From contig NZ_DASYMU010000010.1 of the NCBI RefSeq assembly GCF_036008905.1, positions 301-64,300 of the forward strand: a stretch of DNA of 64,000 bases, given 5' to 3'. Positions 36,083-45,571 of this stretch are shown in pieces. This DNA comes from Amycolatopsis sp. GTDB taxonomy: Bacteria > Actinomycetota > Actinomycetes > Mycobacteriales > Pseudonocardiaceae. The notes under the pieces are model-generated. The model ran no database searches. It had not been told where the DNA came from and saw only the letters and a list, made by a program, of their open reading frames with translations. The first letter of the stretch is position 1. Each line of letters starts with the position of its first letter. The position numbers and the translations under genes are program-made.

Positions 36083-37725
36083 AGGTCCTCCATGAACGGG
36101 ACCTCGGTCTGCGCGCGGGTGGACATCCAGCTGCGCAACGCTTGCGTAGCCAGGACGTCGTCCTCGTTGTACTGCAAGAGCCGCTCGCGCTGGGTGTCGT
36201 CGGGCAGTTCACCATCCATGCCGACGGCGTCGCGGTACCAGCCCATCGACGCCTCGCCGCCGGCTTCCGGGTCACGCCAGGTGAACCCGGCGACCGGCGC
36301 GATCACCTTCAAGCCCTTGCCCTGCGCGCAAAGGAACTGGTCCGAAACGCTGCGGAACAGATCCACCCATTCCTCGGAGTCCACAAAGGACACGATTTCC
36401 GCACGGGTCGGGATCCCCGGGTAGGTACCGAATCGCTCGACCGAACCGAACAGCCACCGGTTCTCCGCCATCGCGTTGTAGCAATACGCGCGGAAAGTCA
36501 GGCCGGCCGCTTCGGTCCGTGCGCGGACATCGCTCAGCCAAGCCCAGAACTCCGCGAACGACCGCGCTTCGTCGGTCGTCGGCACCGGATCCCAGGTCGC
36601 GAACGCGCGATACCCGTGCTCCAGCCCGATGTCGGCGCCGCTCAACAAACAGCCCCAAAGATACGCGCCGGACTCGCCGAAACTCTCCATGTCGACGTCG
36701 ACCTCGACATCCCCGCGCGGCACGACGACCTCGGTGACGCGCCGGACCACGGTCAGGTCCGCGAGCCACGCCCGCGCGAGCGCGACGGCGTCGGTGAAGT
36801 TGCCCGCCGTCCACGTCATCGGCGGCTCGTCGGCCGGGCTCAGCGCGGCCAGTTCGTCCACTGTGGAGATTCCGGCCTTGCGCAGCTCACCAGCGTCCTC
36901 TCCGCGCACCACCAGGCTGACGTCGCGCGTGCGGTTCAGCTCGGTCTCGCAGGTCGGCCACCACGGGCACCGGCGGCACTCCAGGATGCGTGACGGTTGC
37001 GCGAGCGGCTCGTCGCCGCTCGCGGCCGCGGTGGCGACGGCCAGCCTGTCGGCGAAGCGGCTGTCGTACTCAGCCAGCGTGCTGCGGCCACCGGGCCAGG
37101 TCTGCGCCGCGAGGTCATGCCAGACGACGACGTCGGCGTCCAGGCCGATGACCCCGCCGAGCGCGCGATGCTTCTCGGCGTGGCCGAGCGACTGCAGCAT
37201 CTTCCGCAGATGCGCCAGCCGGAGCTGGTCACGCGGCTGCGAACGGACCTTTCGAGCAGGATCGGAAATCTGATGCGCCGGATCGAGGTCGGTCATGATC
37301 GTGGTCGCCGCGCCCGCACCGCGATCGGTGATGCGGTGCCGGACGACCAGCACCGGCAGATAGCCGTGCTCGGTCTTGACCAGCAACTCGACCCCGCCGC
37401 GCCGATGGCCGACCCGGTCCACCGCGAACAACGCGCCCCAGATGAACGGCACGCCGTCGGCCAGCGCCTGTTCGGTCGCGAGGACCCGATCGGTGGTCGG
37501 CTGCTCCCGGCTGATCGTCACCCAGTCGCCCTCGGGCACGTTCTGCGCGTCCGCGAGCCGCTTCGCGATTTCGAGCCGATGCGTTGCGGCATCGGCTATC
37601 CGCTGCTCCGCGGCCGGGTCCGGCGGCAGGAGCGGGGTCTCCCGCATGGTCGGATCGTGCTCGAGATGCACGCGTCGGCGACAGCGGGTGACCGCTCCCG
37701 CATCTAGCAACACCTCTGAACCCAT
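36079..37725 (-). CDS. TM0106-family RecB-like putative nuclease with a C-terminal RNase H-like exonuclease domain
   Basis: CRRRVHL, ECRRCPWWPTC, DVDMES, WVDLF, GLKVIAPVAGFTW, YNEDDVLAT. Start uncertain. Confidence 0.85.
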   Translation of the reverse strand: MGSEVLLDAGAVTRCRRRVHLEHDPTMRETPLLPPDPAAEQRIADAATHRLEIAKRLADAQNVPEGDWVTISREQPTTDRVLATEQALADGVPFIWGALFAVDRVGHRRGGVELLVKTEHGYLPVLVVRHRITDRGAGAATTIMTDLDPAHQISDPARKVRSQPRDQLRLAHLRKMLQSLGHAEKHRALGGVIGLDADVVVWHDLAAQTWPGGRSTLAEYDSRFADRLAVATAAASGDEPLAQPSRILECRRCPWWPTCETELNRTRDVSLVVRGEDAGELRKAGISTVDELAALSPADEPPMTWTAGNFTDAVALARAWLADLTVVRRVTEVVVPRGDVEVDVDMESFGESGAYLWGCLLSGADIGLEHGYRAFATWDPVPTTDEARSFAEFWAWLSDVRARTEAAGLTFRAYCYNAMAENRWLFGSVERFGTYPGIPTRAEIVSFVDSEEWVDLFRSVSDQFLCAQGKGLKVIAPVAGFTWRDPEAGGEASMGWYRDAVGMDGELPDDTQRERLLQYNEDDVLATQALRSWMSTRAQTEVPFMEDL

Positions 37726-37813
37726 AAGGATCACTTTAGAAGCTCTCGGTCACGCCGACATGCCCAGCATGCTCGGGACCAGTAAGTTCGACCCGACAGG
37801 GAAGGTAGGAGCC

Positions 37814-38278
37814 ATGGTGCGCAAGGCGAAGAAGGTCGCGGGGGAAGGCAGGTTCACCCCGAAGAACGCACGCAACGCTCTCGGCGTGGCGAAGGTGGTC
37901 GGGCCGGTCGTGATCCCGGTCGTCGCGCCCTTCGCGATCCAGGCCGCCGGCAAGATGCGGGAGGCCTACGACCGCTACCAGGCACGGAAGCTCGGCGTCG
38001 ACGTCGGACGGCTCGGGGAGTTCACCGGCCGCGGTGCCGCACTGCACGCGAGGATTTCCGGACTGTCCGAAGGTCTCGCCGAGCTGAAGAAGTCTGCGAA
38101 GGCCACCGAAGCGGACGTCAAGTTCGCCAACGACACCCAGGCGACGCTGGAGCAGCTCGCCGCGTCCGTCCGCGCGTCGGAGCGGATGCCGACCCCACGT
38201 CGCAAGTCGACAGCGCGAGCCGTCGCCACCGAGCTGGAACAGCTCGAGGACCAGTTGCTGCACCGGCTCGGGGTCTAG
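37814..38278 (+). CDS. DUF6474-like actinobacterial protein
   Basis: MVRKAKK...; VVAPFAIQAA, GAALHARI, ASERM; AGGAG RBS. Family name from memory. Confidence 0.65.
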   Translation: MVRKAKKVAGEGRFTPKNARNALGVAKVVGPVVIPVVAPFAIQAAGKMREAYDRYQARKLGVDVGRLGEFTGRGAALHARISGLSEGLAELKKSAKATEADVKFANDTQATLEQLAASVRASERMPTPRRKSTARAVATELEQLEDQLLHRLGV

Positions 38279-38284
38279 CAAAGT

Positions 38285-38337
38285 GCTATGAACGGACCTT
38301 TCCTCGCAAAAAACGCTAGGAAAGGTCCGTTCATAGC
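38285..38337. terminator. 20-bp inverted repeat between convergent genes
   Basis: GCTATGAACGGACCTTTCCT / AGGAAAGGTCCGTTCATAGC. Confidence 0.8.
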
Positions 38338-38340
38338 GCG

Positions 38341-39321
38341 TCAGCCGACCTTCACGAAGCCCTTCGACACCATCCAGTCGCGGGCGACCTCGCCCGGGTC
38401 GCGGCCTTCGATGTCGACCTGCTTGCCGAGTTCGATCATCTGGTTGTTGTCGATCGCCGCGGCGATCGGCTCCAGCACCTGACGCACCTGCGGGTGGTCC
38501 TTGACGAACTGCGAGCGCAGCGTCGGGGCCACGTTGTACTGCGGGAAGAACTTCTTGTCGTCCGCCAGCACGTGCAGGTTCAGCCCGGCGATCCGGCCGT
38601 CGGTCGTGAAGATCTCGCCGAAGTTGCAGGTGCCGTTGGCGATCGACGAGTAGATCGTCCCGATGCCGAACGTCTTGATTTCGGCGGGCGTGAACCCGTA
38701 GGTCTTCTGCACCCCGGGCATGCCGTCCTGGCGGGAGGCGAACTCGGTTTCCACGCAGAAGACGCCCTGCTCGGGGTGTTCCTTGAGGAACGCCGTCATA
38801 TCCGAGTTGGTCTTCAGGTTGTTCTTCTCCGCGAACGCCGCCGTGGTACCGAACGCGTAGGTGTTGTTCAGCGGTGAGTACTGCAGCCAGTCGATGCCGT
38901 ACTGCTGGGCGTCGGCCTTCTTCACCGCTTCGAACTGCTCACGCTCGTCGGGGATCGGGTCGGTGTTGCCCTGGTAGTTGATCCAGCCGGTGCCGGTGTA
39001 CTCCCAGGTGATGTCGATCTGCCCGGCGATGAGTGCCTGCCGGGCGCTGACGGAACCCTTGATGTCACTCATGTCCGTGATGTCCGCGCCCGCCGCCGAC
39101 AACCCCAGCTCGGCCATGTACGCGAGCAGGATGTTCTCGGTGAAGTCCTTGGAGCCCACGGTGATCGGCAGGCCCTTCAGCCCGTCCATCGGCTGGATCG
39201 TCCCGGGCAGCACCTTGAACGGCAGCGCGGTGTTGATGTCCAAACCGCACCCGGCGAGCGAACCGGCGAGCACGGCCGTGACCCCGATGAGGGCCTTGAT
39301 CCGGCGCGAAATCCGCGTCAT
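38341..39321 (-). CDS. Glycine betaine/osmoprotectant ABC transporter substrate-binding lipoprotein
   Basis: Lipobox LAGC, VGSKDFTEN, WEYTGTGW, NNTYA, FTTDGRI, DDKKFFP. Confidence 0.92.
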   Translation of the reverse strand: MTRISRRIKALIGVTAVLAGSLAGCGLDINTALPFKVLPGTIQPMDGLKGLPITVGSKDFTENILLAYMAELGLSAAGADITDMSDIKGSVSARQALIAGQIDITWEYTGTGWINYQGNTDPIPDEREQFEAVKKADAQQYGIDWLQYSPLNNTYAFGTTAAFAEKNNLKTNSDMTAFLKEHPEQGVFCVETEFASRQDGMPGVQKTYGFTPAEIKTFGIGTIYSSIANGTCNFGEIFTTDGRIAGLNLHVLADDKKFFPQYNVAPTLRSQFVKDHPQVRQVLEPIAAAIDNNQMIELGKQVDIEGRDPGEVARDWMVSKGFVKVG

Positions 39322-40097
39322 CAGCGAAGTCCCTTCGGTCCGAGGAGCTGTTCCGCGATCGCGCCCAGCCAGTCGACCAGCAGAGCGAGTCCGACGGCCA
39401 GCACGGAACCGGTGATCAGCACCTTGTTCAGCTGGAGCTTGTAACCGGTGTCGATCAGCAGGCCGAAACCACCGGCGTTGACGAACTGCGCGAGCGTCGC
39501 CGTACCGACGGCCAGCACCAGCGAAGTCCGCAGCCCGGCCAGCATCAGCGGCACGGCGAGCGGGAATTCGATGCGCCACAACACACTCTGCGACGACATG
39601 CCGATCCCGCGGCCGGCGTCGACGAGCGACGGGTCGACCTGCTGCAGCCCGACCATCGTGTTACGCAGCACGGGAAGCAGCGAATAGAACGCCAGCGGGA
39701 TGGCGGCGACCCACAGGCCGTCCCACCCAGTCCACAGGAAGAACAGCACCAGCACACCGAGTGCGGGCGCGGCCTGGCCGATGTTCGCGATGCCCAGGAA
39801 GATCGGGGCGAGGAATTTCGCCCCCGGCCGCGTCAGCAGGATGCCGAGCGGCACGGCGATGACCACGACCATCGCGGTCACCACGATGGTGATCAGGAGA
39901 TGGTCGCCCAACGCCGTCAGCAGCGACGTCGCGTTGAGCGTTTCCTTCTCGTTGGGCTTGATCTCGCCGGTGAACGCCCAGAGCAGCACCGCACCGACCA
40001 CGATGACGACCACCGCGGGCTGCGCGAACAGCCGGATGCGCTCGGCGCGCTTGGAGCCGGACTCGGTGGAAAACGCCGTATCTACGGTTGTCGTCAC
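39321..40097 (-). CDS. Osmoprotectant ABC transporter permease
   Basis: GQAAPALG, LLPVLRNT, DAGRGIGM (EAA loop), AGLRTS. Confidence 0.92.
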   Translation of the reverse strand: MTTTVDTAFSTESGSKRAERIRLFAQPAVVVIVVGAVLLWAFTGEIKPNEKETLNATSLLTALGDHLLITIVVTAMVVVIAVPLGILLTRPGAKFLAPIFLGIANIGQAAPALGVLVLFFLWTGWDGLWVAAIPLAFYSLLPVLRNTMVGLQQVDPSLVDAGRGIGMSSQSVLWRIEFPLAVPLMLAGLRTSLVLAVGTATLAQFVNAGGFGLLIDTGYKLQLNKVLITGSVLAVGLALLVDWLGAIAEQLLGPKGLR

Positions 40098-41314
40098 GCG
40101 GTAACACCTCCGTTGTGGTCGTCGGCGTGCTCTTCACGCAGCTGCTGGATGGTGTCGGTGACCGTCTTGATGTCGATGGTCCCGACGTACTCACCGCGGC
40201 TTCCGGTCACCACGGCGTTGCCGCCTTCGGTGAGGATCGCCTCGAGCGCGTCCTGCAGCGTGGACTGGAGGCTGACCGAGTCGCCGACCGGTCGTCCGGC
40301 GGAGGCGAGCGACGTCGCCGTGCCGAGTTCGCGGATGTGCACCCAGCGGATGGGCCGGTTGCGCTGGTCGAGGATCAGCGCGAAGGACACCTTCGCGTCG
40401 GCCATCTTCTGCTTGATCTGGGCGGGTGACTCACCGACGGTCGCGGTGACCGGCGCCGGCGTGATCTCGACGTCGCGCACCCGCAGCAGTGTCAGCTGCT
40501 TGAGCGAGGCTCCGGCGCCGACGAAGCCGGCGACGGTGTCGTTCGCCGGGTTGGCGAGGATCGCGTCCGGGGTGTCGTACTGCAGGATCGTCGACTGGTT
40601 GCCGAGCACCGCGATCTTGTCGCCGAGCTTCACGGCCTCGTCGAAGTCGTGCGTGACGAACACGATCGTCTTCTTGAGCTCGGTCTGCAGGCGCAGCAGC
40701 TCGTCCTGCAGGTTCCCTCGTGTGATCGGGTCGACCGCGCCGAACGGCTCGTCCATCAGCAGCACGGGCGGGTCGGCGGCGAGCGCACGAGCCACCCCGA
40801 CACGCTGCTGCTGTCCGCCGGAGAGCTGACGCGGGTAGCGGTGGTAGTAGTCGGCGGGGTCCAGGCCGACCAGGTCCATCATCTCTTCGACGCGGGAATC
40901 GACCCGCTTCTTGTCCCAGCCGAGCAGGCCGGGGACCACGCCGATGTTCTGCGCCACGGTGAAGTGCGGGAACAGCCCGGCCTGCTGGATGGCGTAGCCG
41001 ACGCGGCGGCGCAGGGTGTCGGCGTTCAGCTTGAGCGCGTCCTCCCCGCCGATGGTGATGCGGCCGGACGTCGGTTCGATGAGCCGGTTGATCATCCGCA
41101 TGGTGGTCGTCTTGCCGCAGCCGGACGGGCCGACGAAGACGACGATCTTGCCCGCGGGGACTGTCATCGAGAAGTCGTCGACAGCCGCTTCGCGGGTGCC
41201 GGGGTAGCGCTTGGTGACGTTTTCGAGCTGGATCTCGACGCCTGAAACGCCGTTGTCGGAGCTGTCCGTGTTATCCGGGCCAGTTGTGGTAGTCGTTTGC
41301 GCGTTCTCAGACAC
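40094..41314 (-). CDS. Osmoprotectant ABC transporter ATPase with CBS domains
   Basis: GPSGCGKT, LSGGQQQRVG, LLMDEPFGAVDP, FVTHD. Confidence 0.94.
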   Translation of the reverse strand: MSENAQTTTTTGPDNTDSSDNGVSGVEIQLENVTKRYPGTREAAVDDFSMTVPAGKIVVFVGPSGCGKTTTMRMINRLIEPTSGRITIGGEDALKLNADTLRRRVGYAIQQAGLFPHFTVAQNIGVVPGLLGWDKKRVDSRVEEMMDLVGLDPADYYHRYPRQLSGGQQQRVGVARALAADPPVLLMDEPFGAVDPITRGNLQDELLRLQTELKKTIVFVTHDFDEAVKLGDKIAVLGNQSTILQYDTPDAILANPANDTVAGFVGAGASLKQLTLLRVRDVEITPAPVTATVGESPAQIKQKMADAKVSFALILDQRNRPIRWVHIRELGTATSLASAGRPVGDSVSLQSTLQDALEAILTEGGNAVVTGSRGEYVGTIDIKTVTDTIQQLREEHADDHNGGVTA

Positions 41315-41954
41315 GGACACCCCTTGAGACGGTAAGGCGGGCAATGATCATGTAGATGCCTTCGAGGATCAAGGCGAGGATGACGACACCGAGCGTCCCG
41401 GTGAGCGCCTGGTTGTCCGCGTTGGCGCTCCCGGCCCTGGTCAGGCCGGAGAAGACCTCGGAGCCGAGTCCCGGCCCCTTCGCGTATGCGGCGATGACGG
41501 CGATGCCCATGAGCATCTGGGTGGCCACGCGCATGCCGGTGAGGATCGCCGGCCAGGCCAGCCGGAGCTCGACCCTGGTCAAGACGCCGAAGCGGCTCAT
41601 CCCGACGCCTTTGGCGGCGTCGCTGATCGCCGGATCGACGCTGCCGAGCCCGACGATCGTGTTCCGCACGATCGGGAGCAGCGCGTAGAGGACGAGCGCG
41701 ATGACGGTCGGAGGGACACCGAGGCCGACCACGGGGATCAGGAGTCCCAGCAGTGCGAACGACGGAACGGTCAGGATGGTGCTGGCCAGCGCTGTCGCGA
41801 GCGCTGAGCCGAGCGGGCTGCGGTAAACCGCGATCCCGATGAGCACGCCGATGACGGCGGCGATGATCGTGCATTGGACGACGGCGCTTACGTGCAACAA
41901 AGCTTGTAACGACAGCTTGTCCCACCGGTCGGCCACATATTCGAAGAGATTCAT
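41307..41954 (-). CDS. Osmoprotectant ABC transporter permease
   Basis: TVPSFALLG, LLPIVRNT, DAAKGVGM, GGPG-like GPGLG. Confidence 0.92.
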   Translation of the reverse strand: MNLFEYVADRWDKLSLQALLHVSAVVQCTIIAAVIGVLIGIAVYRSPLGSALATALASTILTVPSFALLGLLIPVVGLGVPPTVIALVLYALLPIVRNTIVGLGSVDPAISDAAKGVGMSRFGVLTRVELRLAWPAILTGMRVATQMLMGIAVIAAYAKGPGLGSEVFSGLTRAGSANADNQALTGTLGVVILALILEGIYMIIARLTVSRGVRV

Positions 41955-42260
41955 CGTTCTCCCGGCGCGTGAGGGGCCCCCGCGTTAGGCCATTCGATAC
42001 AGCCAAGGGCGGGCTGATCTGTACCCAGATACCGAAAGATCCAAACCCCCTTGGCCGTCAGTAGTGGGCAACCGTTCCCTATCGGCGGGAGATCGGCAAC
42101 TAGACATCACCTGGTCAGGGCTCATTCAGGTTGGATCATCTCGCGCTGACCTGGGGATTCGTTGGGTTCAGACCTTTTTCATGTTTGGTTGTGTACAACT
42201 CTGTGTTCAGCTGTCGAGAGCCTGTCGCCTTGGCACCCTGTCGTCCCATACCCTCTGTTG

Positions 42261-42812
42261 GTGAGCATCCGCCGAACCGATCACAGCGCGTTACGCGTCG
42301 TGCGCGGTGGGCTGCTCGCGGTCAGTTCGGCGGTGCTCGCGGTGAGTGCGCATACGCTTGCGGACGGTAGCCTGCCCGATCTTCCGATGACGGTGTTGCT
42401 CACCGTGATGGTCGGCTGGACGGCCACCGCGCTCGCCGCCCAAGCCCGCGGCCCGGTGCCGACGGTCGCGATCCTCGGAGCCGCGCAGATAGTCATGCAC
42501 GTCGTGCTGACCACGCTCGCGCCGCATTCCGACACGCACACCATGACATCCGGCGCGATGAGCGGCCTGACGATGACGACGGCCCACACCGTCGCCACGA
42601 TACTGACGGCTTTGCTCGTCACGCGGGCCGAGTCGATGCTCCTGACCGTCCTCAACGCGATGCGTCTCCTGCTGCCGCCGGTTTGGCGCGCGGCCCCGGT
42701 GCCGGACCTGGTTCTCGCCCCGATCCCTGTGCCCGCCCCGGAAATCGGGCAGCTCGTCTCCGAGCTGTTCCGGTCCACCTTGGGCAGACGCGGCCCGCCG
42801 CTTTACTCCTGA
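42261..42812 (+). CDS. His-containing membrane protein upstream of ycnI (putative copper-related)
   Basis: AVSAHTLADG, QIVMHVVL, PHSDTHTM, AHTVAT; about 4 TMs; GTG start. Confidence 0.7.
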   Translation: MSIRRTDHSALRVVRGGLLAVSSAVLAVSAHTLADGSLPDLPMTVLLTVMVGWTATALAAQARGPVPTVAILGAAQIVMHVVLTTLAPHSDTHTMTSGAMSGLTMTTAHTVATILTALLVTRAESMLLTVLNAMRLLLPPVWRAAPVPDLVLAPIPVPAPEIGQLVSELFRSTLGRRGPPLYS

Positions 42813-42877
42813 ACACCTCTTTTCCCTTCCCCTAACGGATCCCCGATTCGTTGCCTTCTCCCGTTCAGGAGTTTTTC

Positions 42878-43651
42878 TTGTCCCACAACCACTTCATTAA
42901 GCGTGCCGGTTTCCTTTCGGCCGCCATCGGGATCACCGGTCTGCTCAGCGCCGGCGTCGCGTCCGCGCACGTGACGGCGGACGTCTACGGCGCGCAGCCG
43001 ACCAAGGGCGGCTACGGCGCGATCGTCTTGCGCGTCCCCAACGAGGACGCCGCGGCCGGCACCATCAAGGTCGAGGTCGACGTCAAGCCGGAGTACGCCA
43101 TCAGCGGCGCGCGCACCAAGCCGGTTCCGGGCTGGACCGCTCTGGTCGAAAAGACCAAGCTGGACACTCCGGTGAAGACCGCGCCCGGAACGGAGATCAA
43201 GGAAGTCGTCTCGAAGATCAGCTGGACCGCGCAGCCTGGCAACAAGATCGCCGCCGGGTCGGCCGAGTTCCAGGAGTTCGAGATCAGTCTCGGCGCGCTG
43301 CCGAGCAACGTCGACGAGCTGGTCCTTCCGGCCATCCAGACCTACGAAGGCGGCAAGGTCGTCAGCTGGGACCAGGTCCAGGCCGCGGGTGCCGAGGAGC
43401 CGGAGTACCCGGCGCCGTCGGTGAAGCTCGCCGCGGCCAGCACCGACGACCACCACGGTGCGGCCGCGGCCGACACCGCTGACACGCACACCGAGGCTGC
43501 GGCGTCGAGCTCCAGCGACAACACCGCCCGCTGGCTCGGCGGCGCGGGCTTGGTCGTCGGCGCGCTCGGCCTCGGCGTAGGAGCGGGCGCGACCATCCGC
43601 GCCCGTAAGGCAGGCGCGAGCGCCACGACGAAGACCGAGGGCACTGAATAA
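42878..43651 (+). CDS. ycnI: YcnI (DUF1775) copper-binding membrane-anchored protein
   Basis: Signal peptide ending ASA|HVT (N-terminal His), LRVPNE, PGW, QTYEGG..VSW, C-terminal TM; TTG start after AGGAG. Confidence 0.88.
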   Translation: MSHNHFIKRAGFLSAAIGITGLLSAGVASAHVTADVYGAQPTKGGYGAIVLRVPNEDAAAGTIKVEVDVKPEYAISGARTKPVPGWTALVEKTKLDTPVKTAPGTEIKEVVSKISWTAQPGNKIAAGSAEFQEFEISLGALPSNVDELVLPAIQTYEGGKVVSWDQVQAAGAEEPEYPAPSVKLAAASTDDHHGAAAADTADTHTEAAASSSSDNTARWLGGAGLVVGALGLGVGAGATIRARKAGASATTKTEGTE

Positions 43652-44193
43652 TGCGGAAAGCGCTGGTCGGCTTCGGGGTGGCGGTGCTGTTTCTTCTCGG
43701 CACCGCCGGCCCGGCGCTGGCGCACAACGTCCTGATCTCGACCAACCCGGCGAAGGACTCGTCCGTCGCCGCTGGTCCGGACAAGGTCCTGCTCACGTTC
43801 GACCAGTACGTGCAGAACGCCGACGTCAACCAGGTCGCGGTGACCGGGCCCAGCGGCGATCAGTGGGCCGAGGGCCCGGTTCAGGTGAGCGACAACGTCG
43901 TCAGCGCTCCGCTGCGGCCGCTCGGCCCGGCCGGCGTCTACACGATCGGCTACCGGATCCTGTCCGCCGACGGCCACTCGGTGACGGGCGAAGTCAAGTT
44001 CACCCTGACCCAGGCCGGCACCGGCACGCCCGCGACCGCGCAAGCCGCGAAGGCGCCCGGCACCGGTGACGCCGCCGCGCCCAGCGGTTCCGGCGGCGGA
44101 GTGCCGATCTGGGTGTGGATCGCCGGTGCGGTGGTCCTGCTCGGCGTCGGGATGACCGTCGCGCTGCGAACCGGCAAGGAGTCGGCGAAGTAA
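43651..44193 (+). CDS. copC: CopC copper-binding protein
   Basis: ALA|HNVLISTNP, YRILSADGHSVTG, C-terminal TM. Confidence 0.92.
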   Translation: MRKALVGFGVAVLFLLGTAGPALAHNVLISTNPAKDSSVAAGPDKVLLTFDQYVQNADVNQVAVTGPSGDQWAEGPVQVSDNVVSAPLRPLGPAGVYTIGYRILSADGHSVTGEVKFTLTQAGTGTPATAQAAKAPGTGDAAAPSGSGGGVPIWVWIAGAVVLLGVGMTVALRTGKESAK

Positions 44194-45221
44194 TGACCCA
44201 GGCCGAGACCACCTCGACGAAAGTCCGTTATTCCACCCTGCTGTGCGTGGTGACCGCCGGACTGGTCGCCGCGCTGATCGGCGTCGCGCTGACAGCCACC
44301 TCGCCGATCCCCGGGGTGACGGACGCCAGCGAGGTGGTCTCGGCCGCGATCCCGATCGTGCGGGTGCTGCTGGACATGGCGGCCATCACCACGATCGGGC
44401 TCTCGCTGTTGTCCGTGCTGGTCGGGTACGACCGGCCGAAGCTGAGCGAGCCGATCATGAAGCTCGCGCGGCCCGGTGCGGTGGCCGGCGCGCTGGTGTG
44501 GTCGATGACCGCGTTCGTAACCCTGGTGTTGCAGACGTCGGAGTTCAAGCCGCAGTCGACGACGGTCAGTTTTGGTGACGTCGCCGAGTACGTGTCGCAG
44601 GTCGGTGCCGGGAAGGCGCTGCTGATCGTCGGCGTGCTGGCGTTGTTGCACGCCGGGTTGGGTGTGCTGGCGCTGCGGCACGGCGAGAAGGTTCCGGCGG
44701 AGGTGCGCGTCGGGCTCGGGTTGTTCGCGCTGCTGCCGCTGCCGGTGACCGGGCACGCGGTGAACTGGAACTACCACGACTACACGATGATTTCGATGGA
44801 GCTCCACGTGATGAGCGCCGTCGCGTGGACCGGCGGGCTCGGTGCGATGGCCGTGCTGCTGATCGGCAACCGGACGCTGCTGGCGCACGCGCTGCCGCGA
44901 TTCTCGAAACTCGCGACGTTGTGCCTCATCTTGTCGGCGGCGACAGGGATGTTCAACGGCTTCATCGAGCTGTACCTGAACCCGACGGTGGACTTCTGGA
45001 CAGCGCTGTTCACGTCGCCTTATGGGCAGCTGGTGCTGCTGAAGCTGCTGTGCACCGGCGTCATCGCGCTGCTGGGTGCGCATGTGCGGTGGAAGTTGAT
45101 GCCGCAGATCATCCGGCACCACAAGACCGCGCTGGCGACCTGGGCGACGCTCGAGCTGACCGTCATGGGCTTGGCGTTCGGCTTCGCCGTCGTCCTGACC
45201 CGCGCCCCCGTCGCTTCCTGA
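44193..45221 (+). CDS. copD: CopD-family copper uptake membrane protein
   Basis: VTGHA, ELHVMSAVAWTGGL, RFSKLA, YGQLVLLK, ELTVM. Confidence 0.88.
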   Translation: MTQAETTSTKVRYSTLLCVVTAGLVAALIGVALTATSPIPGVTDASEVVSAAIPIVRVLLDMAAITTIGLSLLSVLVGYDRPKLSEPIMKLARPGAVAGALVWSMTAFVTLVLQTSEFKPQSTTVSFGDVAEYVSQVGAGKALLIVGVLALLHAGLGVLALRHGEKVPAEVRVGLGLFALLPLPVTGHAVNWNYHDYTMISMELHVMSAVAWTGGLGAMAVLLIGNRTLLAHALPRFSKLATLCLILSAATGMFNGFIELYLNPTVDFWTALFTSPYGQLVLLKLLCTGVIALLGAHVRWKLMPQIIRHHKTALATWATLELTVMGLAFGFAVVLTRAPVAS

Positions 45222-45243
45222 CCCACCACTCGTCGCCACAGGC

Positions 45244-45336
45244 GGGAAACACGGCTACGGGAGCGGGCGCAGCGCTGGTGTAGGCGTGTTTCCCCGTGGC
45301 GTAGGTGTGGTTCCCGTCTGTGTGGGTGTGGTTCCC
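45244..45336. repeat. 15-bp motif: three direct copies at a 21-bp period plus one inverted copy
   Basis: GTAGGCGTGTTTCCC (45280), GTAGGTGTGGTTCCC (45301), GTGGGTGTGGTTCCC (45322); inverted GGGAAACACGGCTAC (45244-45258). Confidence 0.8.
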
Positions 45337-45571
45337 GGTGCGGGGGATGAGCGGATCTCACCTGGCAAGATCGGGGAGGGGAAAGAGAGAGGGTGAGAGG
45401 AAAGATCGAAATGACGGGGAGTAGCTGCAAATTGCGCATTTGGGGTTGCAGATCCGCCAGACAGGGTGATTAGCGCAACCGAATTGTCTACTCTCAGCAA
45501 TGATTAATTCGCAGCGACGAACGGTCATTCAGCCTCGCCGAATAGTGAAAACATTAGTTCTTCTAGGCCAT

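Noticed and set aside
42240-42262. CsoR operator upstream of the copper cluster
   Set aside because: Only a half-site-like ATACCC is present, with no matching GGGTAT arm.
45244-45336. Direct repeats considered as a CRISPR mini-array (also 11646-11696)
   Set aside because: Repeats of 15-16 bp with 2-6 bp spacers and no cas genes; incompatible with CRISPR geometry.
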